In this document: positions 36,907 through 47,314 of the stretch, one piece after another
Layout of the letters: each line of letters begins with the position of its first letter
Position numbering within the stretch: position 1 is the stretch's first letter
IMG/VR virus record: IMGVR_UViG_3300008107_000010
DNA length: 64,000 bases
Direction: 5' to 3' (one strand)
Source: a virus
Taxonomy: Duplodnaviria; Heunggongvirae; Uroviricota; Caudoviricetes
The notes under the pieces: model-generated
The model's input: the letters and a program-made list of their open reading frames with translations, nothing else
Database searches by the model: none
What the model was told of the DNA's origin: nothing
Made by a program: the position numbers and the translations under genes

Positions 36907-37125
36907 TTACTTTGATTTTAAATGTTTTACGCGATCTTTGTCCCATGTTTTTATTTCAGTTGGTCGACGATCAATTTCTTTTCTTATTAATTCTCTAATA
37001 AAAGCAGAAACGGACATAGGTCGTTGACCATTTTCAATGGCATCATTTAAGATGATGACATTTAAGTCTTGAACTTCTTCATCCGTGAGAAGGACTTGAA
37101 GTTTTCTGGTTAATTTAGTTGACAT
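36907..37125 (-). CDS. small hypothetical protein (tail chaperone position)
   Basis: 72 aa. Confidence 0.3.
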   Translation of the reverse strand: MSTKLTRKLQVLLTDEEVQDLNVIILNDAIENGQRPMSVSAFIRELIRKEIDRRPTEIKTWDKDRVKHLKSK

Positions 37126-37164
37126 AGTATTTTAATAACATATTATATATTCATTGCAAAAAGA

Positions 37165-37186
37165 AGGGATGACTCTCGCCATCCCT
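37165..37186 (-). terminator. terminator hairpin after the tube gene
   Basis: agggatg-actctcgc-catccct, followed on the minus strand by TCTTTTTGC. Confidence 0.4.
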
Positions 37187-37198
37187 CTTATTAAAAAA

Positions 37199-37753
37199 TT
37201 AAGCTAATACTTCTTTGAAAGCATCACATCTCCAAGTAACTTCTAACTGAGCTGGGTCAGTTGTTTCATAGTTTAACTCATTTGTAAATGGTAAACCTGA
37301 TTTAATGAAGCAATCTTCTAATGTAATTGTTCTGTAAATATCTCCAGCTCTATTGAACTGAACGATAATAATTGTTCCAGTGTAGTCTTTCTTAAGACCC
37401 ATTAAACCAGTTTGAGGATCGTATTGTAAATTATACCATTCTCTCATGGTTTTGTAAAGGTAAGCTTGATTTGAATCATTTAAGTTCAAAGAGAAGTTGA
37501 TATTAACATCTAATGATGTGTTATCTGGCATACCAGCATAAGAACGTGTAGCGAACTTATACTTTTGTGTAACTTCAGAAACTTCTTTATATAGATCCAA
37601 ACCGCCAATACTGTTTACGTGTTGTAAAAGCAGTGGAGCACCTTTTACACCAGCTGGAGGAATAACTGTCACCTCAAAGAGGTTCGACTGTACCGGTTCC
37701 CATTGTGAACCTTTTCTACTAGTCTGGTCTTGTGAATAATGTGGTAGTGCCAT
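37199..37753 (-). CDS. tail tube protein (T4 gp19-like)
   Basis: NLFEVTVIPPAG resembles T4 gp19 NLFQVEISYLG. Size and position after the sheath gene fit. Confidence 0.65.
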   Translation of the reverse strand: MALPHYSQDQTSRKGSQWEPVQSNLFEVTVIPPAGVKGAPLLLQHVNSIGGLDLYKEVSEVTQKYKFATRSYAGMPDNTSLDVNINFSLNLNDSNQAYLYKTMREWYNLQYDPQTGLMGLKKDYTGTIIIVQFNRAGDIYRTITLEDCFIKSGLPFTNELNYETTDPAQLEVTWRCDAFKEVLA

Positions 37754-37770
37754 TGTCGTTTATTTATTTT

Positions 37771-37780
37771 TTTATATATC
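37771..37780 (-). promoter_or_regulatory. late-type motif (minus AGATATATAA) upstream of the tube gene
   Basis: Plus-strand ttatatatct. Confidence 0.35.
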
Positions 37781-37786
37781 TATTTT

Positions 37787-40354
37787 TTAGCTGAAGTTTC
37801 CAGTTTGAATTTCGCCAGTATTTAATACTGTAGTTCTGTGAACAACGATTTCAAGACCTTTAACTGGTTCAACAAAAGTATCTAAGATACCGATGTTGTT
37901 GTCAATAACTTCATTTGTATTATTTGTTTGGTCAATAATGTTTTTGAAGTCATATACACCTTGATCAGCTTTAACTGATTCCATAAATGCATCAGCTAAA
38001 GTTTTGATTTCAAGTCTAGTTTGAGCTGTATTGAATTCAAATACGTATCCTTTTAGAATGTTAGCTAAACCTTCTTGGATATAAATCAATACTTCTCTTA
38101 CGTGAGCAGAAGAAAGCGCTGATTTAATTGACTGTTGTGCAGTTTTATTACCAAGAATTGTTAAACCTACACCTCTTTGGAATACGATTGGGTTAATACC
38201 AAATGGTTCTAATACGTCTCTATCAGTTTTATCGAATGCATATTCAACTCCAACAACTCCAGTTCCAGATACAACTCCTCTTCTTGGACCAGCAATAATT
38301 GACCAAGGTAATGCAGTTGAATATTTATCAATGTAGTTATTAGATACGTATGCTGCGGGTGGGATAACAATATCTTTACCATTTTCTCTAACTGTTAAAC
38401 CTGGACCATAATAAAATCCGTAGTTTGCACCATCAGCGATTGAAGGTAAAGTATAGAATGCAGTTGGATTTTTATCCAAGTTTCCACCATCTTTTAAGTA
38501 TTCTACGCTAAATGCTCCATCAGCATCTGTGAAAGATGGGTTAGTTGATTTTTTGAAATCAGCTACAGTTGGTGCATTTAAGATTGCAGAAGCATTTTGT
38601 CTCTCGTGAGCAAGATAAGCTAATTCTTTCTTGTTTTGAATACCATCAACAGTATCAAATGAACCGAAAGTATCAACAATATATCTGTAAAGAATTAAAT
38701 CTTTGTCAGCTAACGCATTGAATAAGTTAGTTCCTACGATTGCGTTTAAAGAATCGGTTATTGTTTTATCACCAATAGTTGCTTTAGCAATAATGAATGG
38801 TTTGTATACTGAAGTAGCTTCTTCGAAAGAAACTAGGTAGCTACCACCCCAAGTATTTGGTACGTTATTATCAGTTGTTACAGTTACTGTTGTGGTTGTA
38901 TTACCACCAGAAGTAACTACAGATTTTGTAACTGATTTAATTTTAGCCAATCTACCAGAAGTAGCAGAAGGAACATAGTGTCCTTTCTTAAGAGTTACAG
39001 TTGAAATTGCAGCACTATAAGTAAAAGTAAAAATACCACCACCTAAGTTTGCATATGTTGCGGTAACTGTACCGTTTCCGGCTAAGTTTGATTCAGATCC
39101 AGTATAAGGAATTACTCTATCAGTTGTGATAGCATATTTTTTAAAGCTAGTTGCGTTATTTAATGAAGTTTTAATTGCACCATCGCAAGTTACTGTTGTA
39201 GTACCACTTGCAAAAACAACGCTTAATACTTCAACATATTCACCGCTAGTAGCTGCTTCAATAAATGAACCAACTGCAAGAGATGAAGTTAAATCTTGTG
39301 CAACAGTCATAGTTGAACCATTAACAGTTAAAACGTTAGGATTTGTTAAAGTTACAGTTGTTCCAGCAGTTGGATTTAATTCTTGGTCAACGATATAAGA
39401 AAGTAACTGATAGTTTTGATCTTTATCAAATGTATGACCAATTAAATCTACTTTAGTACCAGTATCGCTAGTAACTGCATCTTCATCAACTGCACAGAAT
39501 AAACCAGTTCTTCTAGCTTCTGAGTTAATGATTGTTTCAATGTATAAGTTTCTACCTTCAAGATCTTTGAAGTTAGGGATTAATGAACCAGTGTAGTTGG
39601 CAATTAATGAAACTTGTCTTAGGTTAGAGAAAGCGTCTAATTGACCTTTCAATAAACCTTTTGCGTTAAAATAATTTGCGTAGATTGGATCATTTGCAAG
39701 AGTAGCAGGATTGAATTCGCCTTTAAATACGAATACATCAATCATGAAATCTGATAAGTAATCTTTTTCATTTAAGAATTCAGGTACATTACCTTCACCA
39801 TACCATTCTCTAGCAGTAATATCGAATGTAGATACATCCTGTGCTTTTCTTACGATAATAGTAATTGGCTCTTGTTTGATGTTAATAAAGTTAATAATTC
39901 TGTCATCGTTTTGACCGATTGTAGAAATAGTAGCTTCATCACTAGGGAACCAGAATTTATCAGTGTTAAAAAACTTAGTATATTCATCGCTACCTGAAAG
40001 TGATAACGCAGTATGATCGCTACCAGTAGTAACTGGAGCAACATAGCTGATTTCATCGCTAGCTTCGAATGTTGATAAGTTTAAGGCTAAGATTGGGCCT
40101 CTAGTAAGAGCAGCAAGTGCTGATCTGTGGAAGAACATACCCTTCTTCTCTAGGTTTCTGTCGATACCGCCGAAGACCGCATTGAAATCTTCTACTGTCT
40201 CAACAAACACTGGAGTATTGTATGGACCTTTTTTAGAGTGACCAACTACCAATCTGATAGTCTCTGTAGCAAAGTTCGTAGTTTGTGATTTATCGAATTC
40301 TAGACGATAAACACCCGAACTCTTGAATTGCAATAATTGAGGACTTAGTGCCAT
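37787..40354 (-). CDS. contractile tail sheath protein (T4 gp18-like)
   Basis: N-terminal MALSPQLLQF resembles T4 MTLLSPGIEL. C-terminal WSIIAGPRRG...INPIVF...ILGNKTA resembles gp18 WMSPAGYNRG...INPV...LYGDKTA. Confidence 0.8.
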   Translation of the reverse strand: MALSPQLLQFKSSGVYRLEFDKSQTTNFATETIRLVVGHSKKGPYNTPVFVETVEDFNAVFGGIDRNLEKKGMFFHRSALAALTRGPILALNLSTFEASDEISYVAPVTTGSDHTALSLSGSDEYTKFFNTDKFWFPSDEATISTIGQNDDRIINFINIKQEPITIIVRKAQDVSTFDITAREWYGEGNVPEFLNEKDYLSDFMIDVFVFKGEFNPATLANDPIYANYFNAKGLLKGQLDAFSNLRQVSLIANYTGSLIPNFKDLEGRNLYIETIINSEARRTGLFCAVDEDAVTSDTGTKVDLIGHTFDKDQNYQLLSYIVDQELNPTAGTTVTLTNPNVLTVNGSTMTVAQDLTSSLAVGSFIEAATSGEYVEVLSVVFASGTTTVTCDGAIKTSLNNATSFKKYAITTDRVIPYTGSESNLAGNGTVTATYANLGGGIFTFTYSAAISTVTLKKGHYVPSATSGRLAKIKSVTKSVVTSGGNTTTTVTVTTDNNVPNTWGGSYLVSFEEATSVYKPFIIAKATIGDKTITDSLNAIVGTNLFNALADKDLILYRYIVDTFGSFDTVDGIQNKKELAYLAHERQNASAILNAPTVADFKKSTNPSFTDADGAFSVEYLKDGGNLDKNPTAFYTLPSIADGANYGFYYGPGLTVRENGKDIVIPPAAYVSNNYIDKYSTALPWSIIAGPRRGVVSGTGVVGVEYAFDKTDRDVLEPFGINPIVFQRGVGLTILGNKTAQQSIKSALSSAHVREVLIYIQEGLANILKGYVFEFNTAQTRLEIKTLADAFMESVKADQGVYDFKNIIDQTNNTNEVIDNNIGILDTFVEPVKGLEIVVHRTTVLNTGEIQTGNFS

Positions 40355-40381
40355 GTTTATTTTGATCTTTTTTTCTTTATT

Positions 40382-40390
40382 CTATATATC
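40382..40390 (-). promoter_or_regulatory. late-type motif (minus AGATATATAG) upstream of the sheath gene
   Basis: Plus-strand ctatatatct. Confidence 0.35.
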
Positions 40391-40407
40391 TATTTCTATT
40401 TCTAATT

Positions 40408-42228
40408 TTAACCGTCAAGTAAGTCATAGATGTCGTATTGTAAATCTCCTTGTGATTGACTATCTTTGTATAGAACTTCTTCCATATAATCGTGAAGGTT
40501 TTCGTCAATAACATCTAGCATCTCTTCGATATAATCAGCATAGTCAGTAGTACCAAAGAACTCTGTTGCAATAATTGAAGACATAATTAAATCATCATGT
40601 CCCATTTGTGCAGAATAATTACCACTTTTGTTAGTACCAAATAAGGATGCTTCATTAACGGTAGTTATTTCATTAATATTTATCCTATTTGATTCGATCA
40701 ACTTTTTAAAGTTTTGACAAAAAATAGCTTTATTATCTGCTCGCAACCTAATTCCAGGTTTTAGTCCTCTAGAATCATGTCTGTGTTTAAACCTCAAAAT
40801 CATATCTTCATCAAAATCATTTCTCTGAGGAAACACTGTTTGTAAATATTTTAATAAGATAGTTCCGTATGTATTAAATTCAATTAGCATTTTTACGTTT
40901 TCTCCGTTAAAAATATCAATTGCTAAAGTATATAATATTTTTGAAAAATCTTCAATCGGGTGTTCATTACTTTTGAACAGAGCCACTTGATTCAGCTTAA
41001 AGAAATCATACATTGCACCTGGATTCGTGGCAACCTCGATCTCCTTTCTACTCATTGGTGTTACTTCAAATACGTTAATAACAGAATAGTCTCCACCAGA
41101 TCCTTCTGCAATATCGACTGAAAATAGCCAATATTTGCTCTCATCTTTACATGATTCAAGATCGAATCCTGGTTTAAAACCTAAAAATCCTTTTACATCA
41201 ATATGAATATTATCAAAATCTTCGATATCTTGATAAACAAACTTCTTAGCATTTTTTCTTAATGTACCTAAAGATCCTGGTGATAGTAGGAGTGAAGATG
41301 AACTAATAAACTCATTACCATATTGTCTATTAAAAGCTTCCTCAGAACCTAAGTTCTTTAACTCTCGTTGATACCATGCTTCATCTCTTTCTGGATGCTG
41401 CCACCAGTCAATTCTTATTGGGGTATATGCATTCTTTCCGTCAACCGCAGCTGCCCAAATTTCATAGAATTTATTAAATCCGTTTGGTGTAGAAGTAATA
41501 TTGATTCTTGAAATTTTTGAAGATGATAATGTTGGATAAACGTTTTCATAGAATATGTCTACGATATTTGGATGGATGTGAGCAAACTCATCTAAATATA
41601 AGTTATGAATAGTAAAACCAATACCTGCTTTTGCAGTTGTTGATTGACCTACTAAACGACAACCATTATCACAACGAACGTTCATAACATCATATTTAAT
41701 AATACCTGGTTTCATAAAGAATGGCAAATGTTCAATTACAACTTTTGCCTTATCAATAATCTCTTTGGTAGTTTCTCCTTTGTTGGCTAAAAGTAGAGTA
41801 TTTTTATCAACATTAAAACAAATAAACCATGCATTGAAAATAGATGCAGTTACAGTTTTACCCATTTGTCGAGAGGCAAGAACAATATTAAATCTGTTGT
41901 TTTGAAAGTTTCTCAACATTTCTTTTTGATATTCTCTAAGTTTAACCTTTCGAATACCTTCGTCGGTCATCACCACTGCATATTTCTCTGCAAAGTATAC
42001 AATATCACTTGCACATCTTGCTATTTCGGCAATTTCATCATCTGTATATTCAAATACAATATTTCCTCGTTTTAAGTGCTGTTTACCTTCATAAAAAGGC
42101 ATAGACACTTGAGGACGATAACCCTTATCAAGTGCCACAATTAGGTCATTAACTGCTTTAGTCGACCATACAATCTTATTTGATTGAATTTCTTCTGAAT
42201 CCTTTGGAATCCAAATATTATCACTCAT
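40408..42228 (-). CDS. terminase large subunit (T4 gp17-like)
   Basis: Walker A LASRQMGKT, ATPase-nuclease architecture, 606 aa. Its start overlaps the upstream ORF by 8 nt. Confidence 0.8.
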   Translation of the reverse strand: MSDNIWIPKDSEEIQSNKIVWSTKAVNDLIVALDKGYRPQVSMPFYEGKQHLKRGNIVFEYTDDEIAEIARCASDIVYFAEKYAVVMTDEGIRKVKLREYQKEMLRNFQNNRFNIVLASRQMGKTVTASIFNAWFICFNVDKNTLLLANKGETTKEIIDKAKVVIEHLPFFMKPGIIKYDVMNVRCDNGCRLVGQSTTAKAGIGFTIHNLYLDEFAHIHPNIVDIFYENVYPTLSSSKISRINITSTPNGFNKFYEIWAAAVDGKNAYTPIRIDWWQHPERDEAWYQRELKNLGSEEAFNRQYGNEFISSSSLLLSPGSLGTLRKNAKKFVYQDIEDFDNIHIDVKGFLGFKPGFDLESCKDESKYWLFSVDIAEGSGGDYSVINVFEVTPMSRKEIEVATNPGAMYDFFKLNQVALFKSNEHPIEDFSKILYTLAIDIFNGENVKMLIEFNTYGTILLKYLQTVFPQRNDFDEDMILRFKHRHDSRGLKPGIRLRADNKAIFCQNFKKLIESNRININEITTVNEASLFGTNKSGNYSAQMGHDDLIMSSIIATEFFGTTDYADYIEEMLDVIDENLHDYMEEVLYKDSQSQGDLQYDIYDLLDG

Positions 42229-42895
42229 TTGATTCTGGTTCTATTTCTAGAGCATCATCAGCGTCTTCGTTGCTTTGATTGATACCCATTTGAATCATTC
42301 GCATTAAGTCCTTAGTACCTCTCTGTACATTAGCATCTTTAACATCTCCTCCAGCCTCTTCAATTTGAGTTTTGTTAGTATTTTTTCGGTAAACTTCAAT
42401 ATCTCTAGCAATTCTCTTATTAGATTCTTCAGTTGCCATTAAATACATGGTCTGAGATTTAATAATATCCAACATTGATTTTTGTAGTGTTGCTAATACC
42501 TCAAACATTCTTGGAGACAGTTCGCCATCTTCAATAGTTTCTAATAATATTGTTAAGGCTCTTTCACCGGCTTGAAGCTGATAAACTAGAGATGCCATTG
42601 TCATCTCGTCCATTTTCTTTTTAGCCTTTACATACTCATCGTTTTCAATAATATCTGCATCGAGATAAAATTTCATTAGTGCAGTAATTGTTTTCTTAGC
42701 CTGAGTTTCTGCACTGGTTTTTACGGCAGTATATGATACAGCTGGACTCTTTTGAACTTGAGGAGTTGAAGGAAGAGGTTGGTCTGTTTCTACAATATCT
42801 GTTAAAGATTCATCATCGCCAATCAACCACTCTAATTCCTTGCGAATATCTTCGGCCTGTTCACGAATTGGCCTATCCTTGTTTTCTTCTGACAT
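42221..42895 (-). CDS. putative terminase small subunit
   Basis: 224 aa, acidic and helical, immediately upstream of and overlapping the large terminase gene. Call is by position only. A TATAAATA-like sequence (minus strand) lies upstream at 42908-42915. Confidence 0.3.
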   Translation of the reverse strand: MSEENKDRPIREQAEDIRKELEWLIGDDESLTDIVETDQPLPSTPQVQKSPAVSYTAVKTSAETQAKKTITALMKFYLDADIIENDEYVKAKKKMDEMTMASLVYQLQAGERALTILLETIEDGELSPRMFEVLATLQKSMLDIIKSQTMYLMATEESNKRIARDIEVYRKNTNKTQIEEAGGDVKDANVQRGTKDLMRMIQMGINQSNEDADDALEIEPESNE

Positions 42896-42928
42896 AATAT
42901 AATATTATTTATAGAATATTTATCTCGA

Positions 42929-44881
42929 TTACAGAGAGTTTCTAAACTTCTGATAACCTAGAGATGGTAGAGCATTATCAATAATGATTCCTAATTGATT
43001 ATCTCGAACAACATATTGATTTAAAACATTACTATGTTGCTCATATTCTACAGGTGTATTAAATAATCTAATGTTTGTTAATTTAGCCTTAGTTCCTTTT
43101 AATGAATAAGCTCCATCTGGAACATCCCATGATATATTATAAACTTGATTTCTTGTTTCATCGTAAACCGGTACTAAATCATTTGAAGCGCTTTGAGGTG
43201 TTCCTAAATTATTAGTAGGATCTAATGAATATAAACTAAATGATAATTGATTAAATTGTGTATTTGCATTAAGTACTATAGCATACCATCTCGTTGGTGA
43301 TAAGATCGCATTATGATTAAATACAAACTCATTAGTATTTACAACTACTTTAATTTTACTTCCATTAAATAAAACTTTTAATCCTTGGTTAATTGTACCA
43401 TTACCAAATAGCCAATAGTAATTATTATCATTAAAGTCTACATTTGGCGCAAACCAACATGTAAATGCAAAGTTATTTGTTATTTTAACAGGAGCAACGT
43501 ACTCGATTGCCGTTTCGTCGATTGGTAATGATTGTAAATCATAGTAATTTTTAGAAACAATAGTCCATCTATTCTTTAATTCAGAATCAATTATTTTTAA
43601 ACTTGAATTAATTCTACCTCTAATACCATCATTGTATGATGTTGAAACCGTTTTAAAAATATCTGGCTTAGTAGTTTGGATATATTCATCTCTGATCTCT
43701 TCTCCAAAAATTTCATCAACATCAGTAACTAAACTATCTGTTAAAGTTTCAAATGTATTTTTAATAACTGCTGTATCGTTTTGGTATTTAGTTAATTTAA
43801 CTTTCCAATATGTAATTGCCTCATTAAAACGATCTCCTAATGCAACTGAAAGAACAGTATACATTTTATTAATTAATGGAAAATATAAATAGTCATTATT
43901 TCTTGGCTTTTTGCCTTGACCAAATACCGCTTGAAATTGCTGTTGTGTTATATGAATTTCAAACTCTTCAAGCTCCATTCCAAATAAATCATATGAGATT
44001 GTAGATTCTTGAGGGAATTCATTGTCCGGAACTAAAACTTTTAATGTTTCTTGGTCAACCACACTATGTAGTGAATATTCCATTAAAATAACATCCTTAG
44101 TTCTAGTATCTGGTTCAGTTCTAAAATACGTAACTTCATGACCAAATATATTATTAACAATATTTGCTAATTGAATATATGTCTGTTGAGAACGGAATTG
44201 TTTGTATGGCTGAAATAAGTTTCCAGCGTTTTGACCAGTACAGCTAACTTCAATAGTTGCACATCCTGAATAAACAAATGGATCTGTACATTGTGTGCAG
44301 AACTGTGGACAAGATTCAATAACTCCATCAACTGTCTCAATCGTTATTGTTGAAGATATAAATGTTATTTTAGCTCCAGTTAATAATGCTGAAACTTCTG
44401 CGCCAAAATCAATTAATAAATCAATGCCATTAGGCCAATTATAATTTAATAAGTCTCCGGGTGTATTATTGTTATTTAATGGAGCAAATTCACTATATAA
44501 CTTTCCGCCATCAACCGAAATTCTAAAGGTGTAATCAAAACTATTATCCTCATCTACTGGACGATAAAATTGTATACCAGATCCTGTAAAATTAACAGGT
44601 GCCGTTAATACTAAAATATTATTATTAGTTACACTCTGTATTGTCAGTACATTATTACCAACAATAATTTGGTTTGTGTTTTGGAAAAGTCTTGTAAAAT
44701 TAGTTCCAATTCCGATAACTACTGCTGACCCAGAAGTAAAACTTAGAGTTCCTATCGTAGATGCATCACTAACTCCACTAAGAATGCTCCAGCCAACAAC
44801 TTTTTTGAGATTCTTATATGGTGTCTTAATTGATGCGATTAAAAAATCGCCATAAGCTGATGCGGTATTACCTACTACCAT
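42929..44881 (-). CDS. hypothetical structural protein
   Basis: 650 aa, beta-rich and Cys-containing, preceded by a late-type motif at 44899-44910. Confidence 0.4.
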   Translation of the reverse strand: MVVGNTASAYGDFLIASIKTPYKNLKKVVGWSILSGVSDASTIGTLSFTSGSAVVIGIGTNFTRLFQNTNQIIVGNNVLTIQSVTNNNILVLTAPVNFTGSGIQFYRPVDEDNSFDYTFRISVDGGKLYSEFAPLNNNNTPGDLLNYNWPNGIDLLIDFGAEVSALLTGAKITFISSTITIETVDGVIESCPQFCTQCTDPFVYSGCATIEVSCTGQNAGNLFQPYKQFRSQQTYIQLANIVNNIFGHEVTYFRTEPDTRTKDVILMEYSLHSVVDQETLKVLVPDNEFPQESTISYDLFGMELEEFEIHITQQQFQAVFGQGKKPRNNDYLYFPLINKMYTVLSVALGDRFNEAITYWKVKLTKYQNDTAVIKNTFETLTDSLVTDVDEIFGEEIRDEYIQTTKPDIFKTVSTSYNDGIRGRINSSLKIIDSELKNRWTIVSKNYYDLQSLPIDETAIEYVAPVKITNNFAFTCWFAPNVDFNDNNYYWLFGNGTINQGLKVLFNGSKIKVVVNTNEFVFNHNAILSPTRWYAIVLNANTQFNQLSFSLYSLDPTNNLGTPQSASNDLVPVYDETRNQVYNISWDVPDGAYSLKGTKAKLTNIRLFNTPVEYEQHSNVLNQYVVRDNQLGIIIDNALPSLGYQKFRNSL

Positions 44882-44910
44882 TTAATGAGAATTATTTTCT
44901 TTATATATTC

Positions 44911-45594
44911 TCAGTAATCCGTGACTAGTAGGACTTCAGGATTATCACCACTTAATTTCTGGTCGCTCATCATATCGAGCATATTAGCAACAGCATCTAC
45001 AACATCCATATCTGTAGATGTTATTGACTCTATAATCTTTTTATCTGCTCTAATAATCCATTCATCGAGTCGATCAATCAGGTCATTGAGCTTAATTCTT
45101 CGGTATGGAGTGCCTTCTTCTAAGATTCTTTGGTCAATTAGAATTTTATTAAACATTTGAACTTCTTCATTTGTTTCGAAAATATCAAATGTTTTGAGAG
45201 TCATGTGAAGTATTTTAAATCCAAATTTAATTTGAGAATTTCCATTTGAATCTTTAATAAGTCTAGAATATTTGCTATTTTTATTTAAAGTCAATTTAAT
45301 CCATCTAAGATTCTGCATGTTTTTTAACATGTTTGCGATAAAATAGATTGAATTTACTTCTTTGTGAATAACTTCATAACCAACAGCATTAAATGTATTT
45401 AGTTCATTTTTAAATGAATGCTTAATAAAATTTTCTAGTTGGTCTTTAGTAACAATAATAGAGCCGTCATTTGGCTCTAAATATTCTACTTTGTTTCTAA
45501 TGCCTGTCCATAACTTATTATCACTATGATTATATTTGTAAAGGACAATATCTATAACATCAGATCGGTCATATAGTGAAAAGTTCTCGGTCAT
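44911..45594 (-). CDS. hypothetical protein
   Basis: 227 aa. Confidence 0.35.
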   Translation of the reverse strand: MTENFSLYDRSDVIDIVLYKYNHSDNKLWTGIRNKVEYLEPNDGSIIVTKDQLENFIKHSFKNELNTFNAVGYEVIHKEVNSIYFIANMLKNMQNLRWIKLTLNKNSKYSRLIKDSNGNSQIKFGFKILHMTLKTFDIFETNEEVQMFNKILIDQRILEEGTPYRRIKLNDLIDRLDEWIIRADKKIIESITSTDMDVVDAVANMLDMMSDQKLSGDNPEVLLVTDY

Positions 45595-46022
45595 TAATAC
45601 ACTTTAATTGTTTCGTCTAGCTTTTTTAATTCAGCAAGAGTTTCTTTTTTATAAAACTTTATTAGCTCATTATACTCTCTTTTACCAATTTCATTCTTTC
45701 TAATAAAAAATTCTATTGCTTCTTGACTAGGTATGTATTCGCTTTTTTCAGTTTTTACCGGTTCAGATTTCTTTGTTTTAGTATAAATCCAAGGTGGGAC
45801 AGCAGTAAATCTTTGAGCAACAAGACCCCAACTCTCAACAACCGCAAGACCATTAATACCATTAATGTTAAATGCCTGCGCGTTTGTCGGGAACTTAATC
45901 GCAAAGAAGCGATTAATCATAAAATGATGTCGCTTCTTTGTGTGGTCTTTAATATTTTGAAAATCTTTATGCTTTGTAAACATTATTTTTACAAAGTCAA
46001 ATAATTTAGTATCGTCTAACAT
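45594..46022 (-). CDS. hypothetical protein
   Basis: 142 aa. Confidence 0.35.
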   Translation of the reverse strand: MLDDTKLFDFVKIMFTKHKDFQNIKDHTKKRHHFMINRFFAIKFPTNAQAFNINGINGLAVVESWGLVAQRFTAVPPWIYTKTKKSEPVKTEKSEYIPSQEAIEFFIRKNEIGKREYNELIKFYKKETLAELKKLDETIKVY

Positions 46023-47245
46023 TAAAATAAAGTGTTTGTAGTTTTAGAGTTATCATTCACTTTTGTTTCATGTTCTTCTAAACCAGCAAAAGCATCAAAA
46101 TCAACGGGTGTTGTATTAGCCTTCTTTAACCACCCTGTGCCTTCTAGGATCTTTTCCATCTGTGATAATGACATAATCATTGGTTCCATTTGCTTATCCT
46201 TTTCAATACACTTAATGATTTCTCGTTGTATCGGGTCTGGTATTGTATTATAATGTAATAGCATCAAATCAAGATTTTGGTTAAAACGAACCAAGATATT
46301 CGCTTGAGTTTCATGGGCAACTACTCGATAAATCAAGTTAACAATTTTATCAACTTGTGTTTGGTTAAACATGTGGTCGATAACGAAGTTTCCTTCTTCT
46401 TTATTATATTGATTTAAGATAGACTCGGCCTGCTTGTCAGTAATTGAAAATGTTCTTGATTTACCATTCTTCATAGATTTTTGCCAAGTAACAACTGATT
46501 TAATATTATCGGATTTGTCACCCATTAGAATCTTTTGAAAAACAAATCGATCACAATTTACTTCTTCAATTTCAATTTGATTCTTTTTAATCCATTCAAC
46601 TAGCTCGTTTTTAATACGATCGCTTTCATGCGCTGGACTATCTAAATTAAATAGAAGATCGTCAGTGTTAATTTCTAATTCTTGATTTTTATTAAGCAAT
46701 TCATTGAAACCTTCAAATGTAATAAGTTTCTTTCTAGTATTATAATACCAGAGAGTATATCCATCGGTTGCCTTTGAATAGTCAACTAATTGAATCATAT
46801 CTCGGTCGCCAGTCCAAATAATTGTATTCTTACCTTGTGAATTAAGATAAGTTGACCAAGCAAAAAGAATGTCATCAGCTTCAGCACCTTTTACTTGATG
46901 TACAATAACACCCTTTTTGGCTAAAATTAGTTTAAACTCATCATAAACTTCGTAAACAGCTGACCAATCAACTGAACTATCTTGAGTTCTTGTACCTTTA
47001 TAAAAGGCTTCTGGAAATAGATCTTTACGCCACGATTTTGAATCAACTGCAAATACTATTTGGTTGACAAATGGCGCCATTTTTCTAACTTCAGATGCGA
47101 AATCAATCGCAAGTTTTCTAATAAATTGTCCTTTACTATTGTCATCTCCTAAAAGAGCGCCAGACTTAGGTCTAGGAAGGACAAAAAGTCTACTATGAAT
47201 GAAATAGTTTCCATCGATTAGTAGTGTATGATTACCAAACTTCAT
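46022..47245 (-). CDS. rnh: 5'-3' exonuclease / flap endonuclease (T4 RNase H-like)
   Basis: LLIDGNYF N-terminus, AEADDILFAW, and helical arch ILMGDKSDNIKSV resembling T4 Rnh ILKGDKKDNVASV. Confidence 0.75.
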   Translation of the reverse strand: MKFGNHTLLIDGNYFIHSRLFVLPRPKSGALLGDDNSKGQFIRKLAIDFASEVRKMAPFVNQIVFAVDSKSWRKDLFPEAFYKGTRTQDSSVDWSAVYEVYDEFKLILAKKGVIVHQVKGAEADDILFAWSTYLNSQGKNTIIWTGDRDMIQLVDYSKATDGYTLWYYNTRKKLITFEGFNELLNKNQELEINTDDLLFNLDSPAHESDRIKNELVEWIKKNQIEIEEVNCDRFVFQKILMGDKSDNIKSVVTWQKSMKNGKSRTFSITDKQAESILNQYNKEEGNFVIDHMFNQTQVDKIVNLIYRVVAHETQANILVRFNQNLDLMLLHYNTIPDPIQREIIKCIEKDKQMEPMIMSLSQMEKILEGTGWLKKANTTPVDFDAFAGLEEHETKVNDNSKTTNTLF

Positions 47246-47261
47246 ATCTTTATCTATTTGT

Positions 47262-47278
47262 TTATGTAAATATAAACA
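47262..47278 (-). promoter_or_regulatory. early-type motif, copy 8 (variant TTATGTAAATATAAACA)
   Basis: 17 nt upstream of the rnh ATG. Confidence 0.4.
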
Positions 47279-47314
47279 TTTTTCTTCAAACGGAAAAATG
47301 TTTTCACAATTTTT

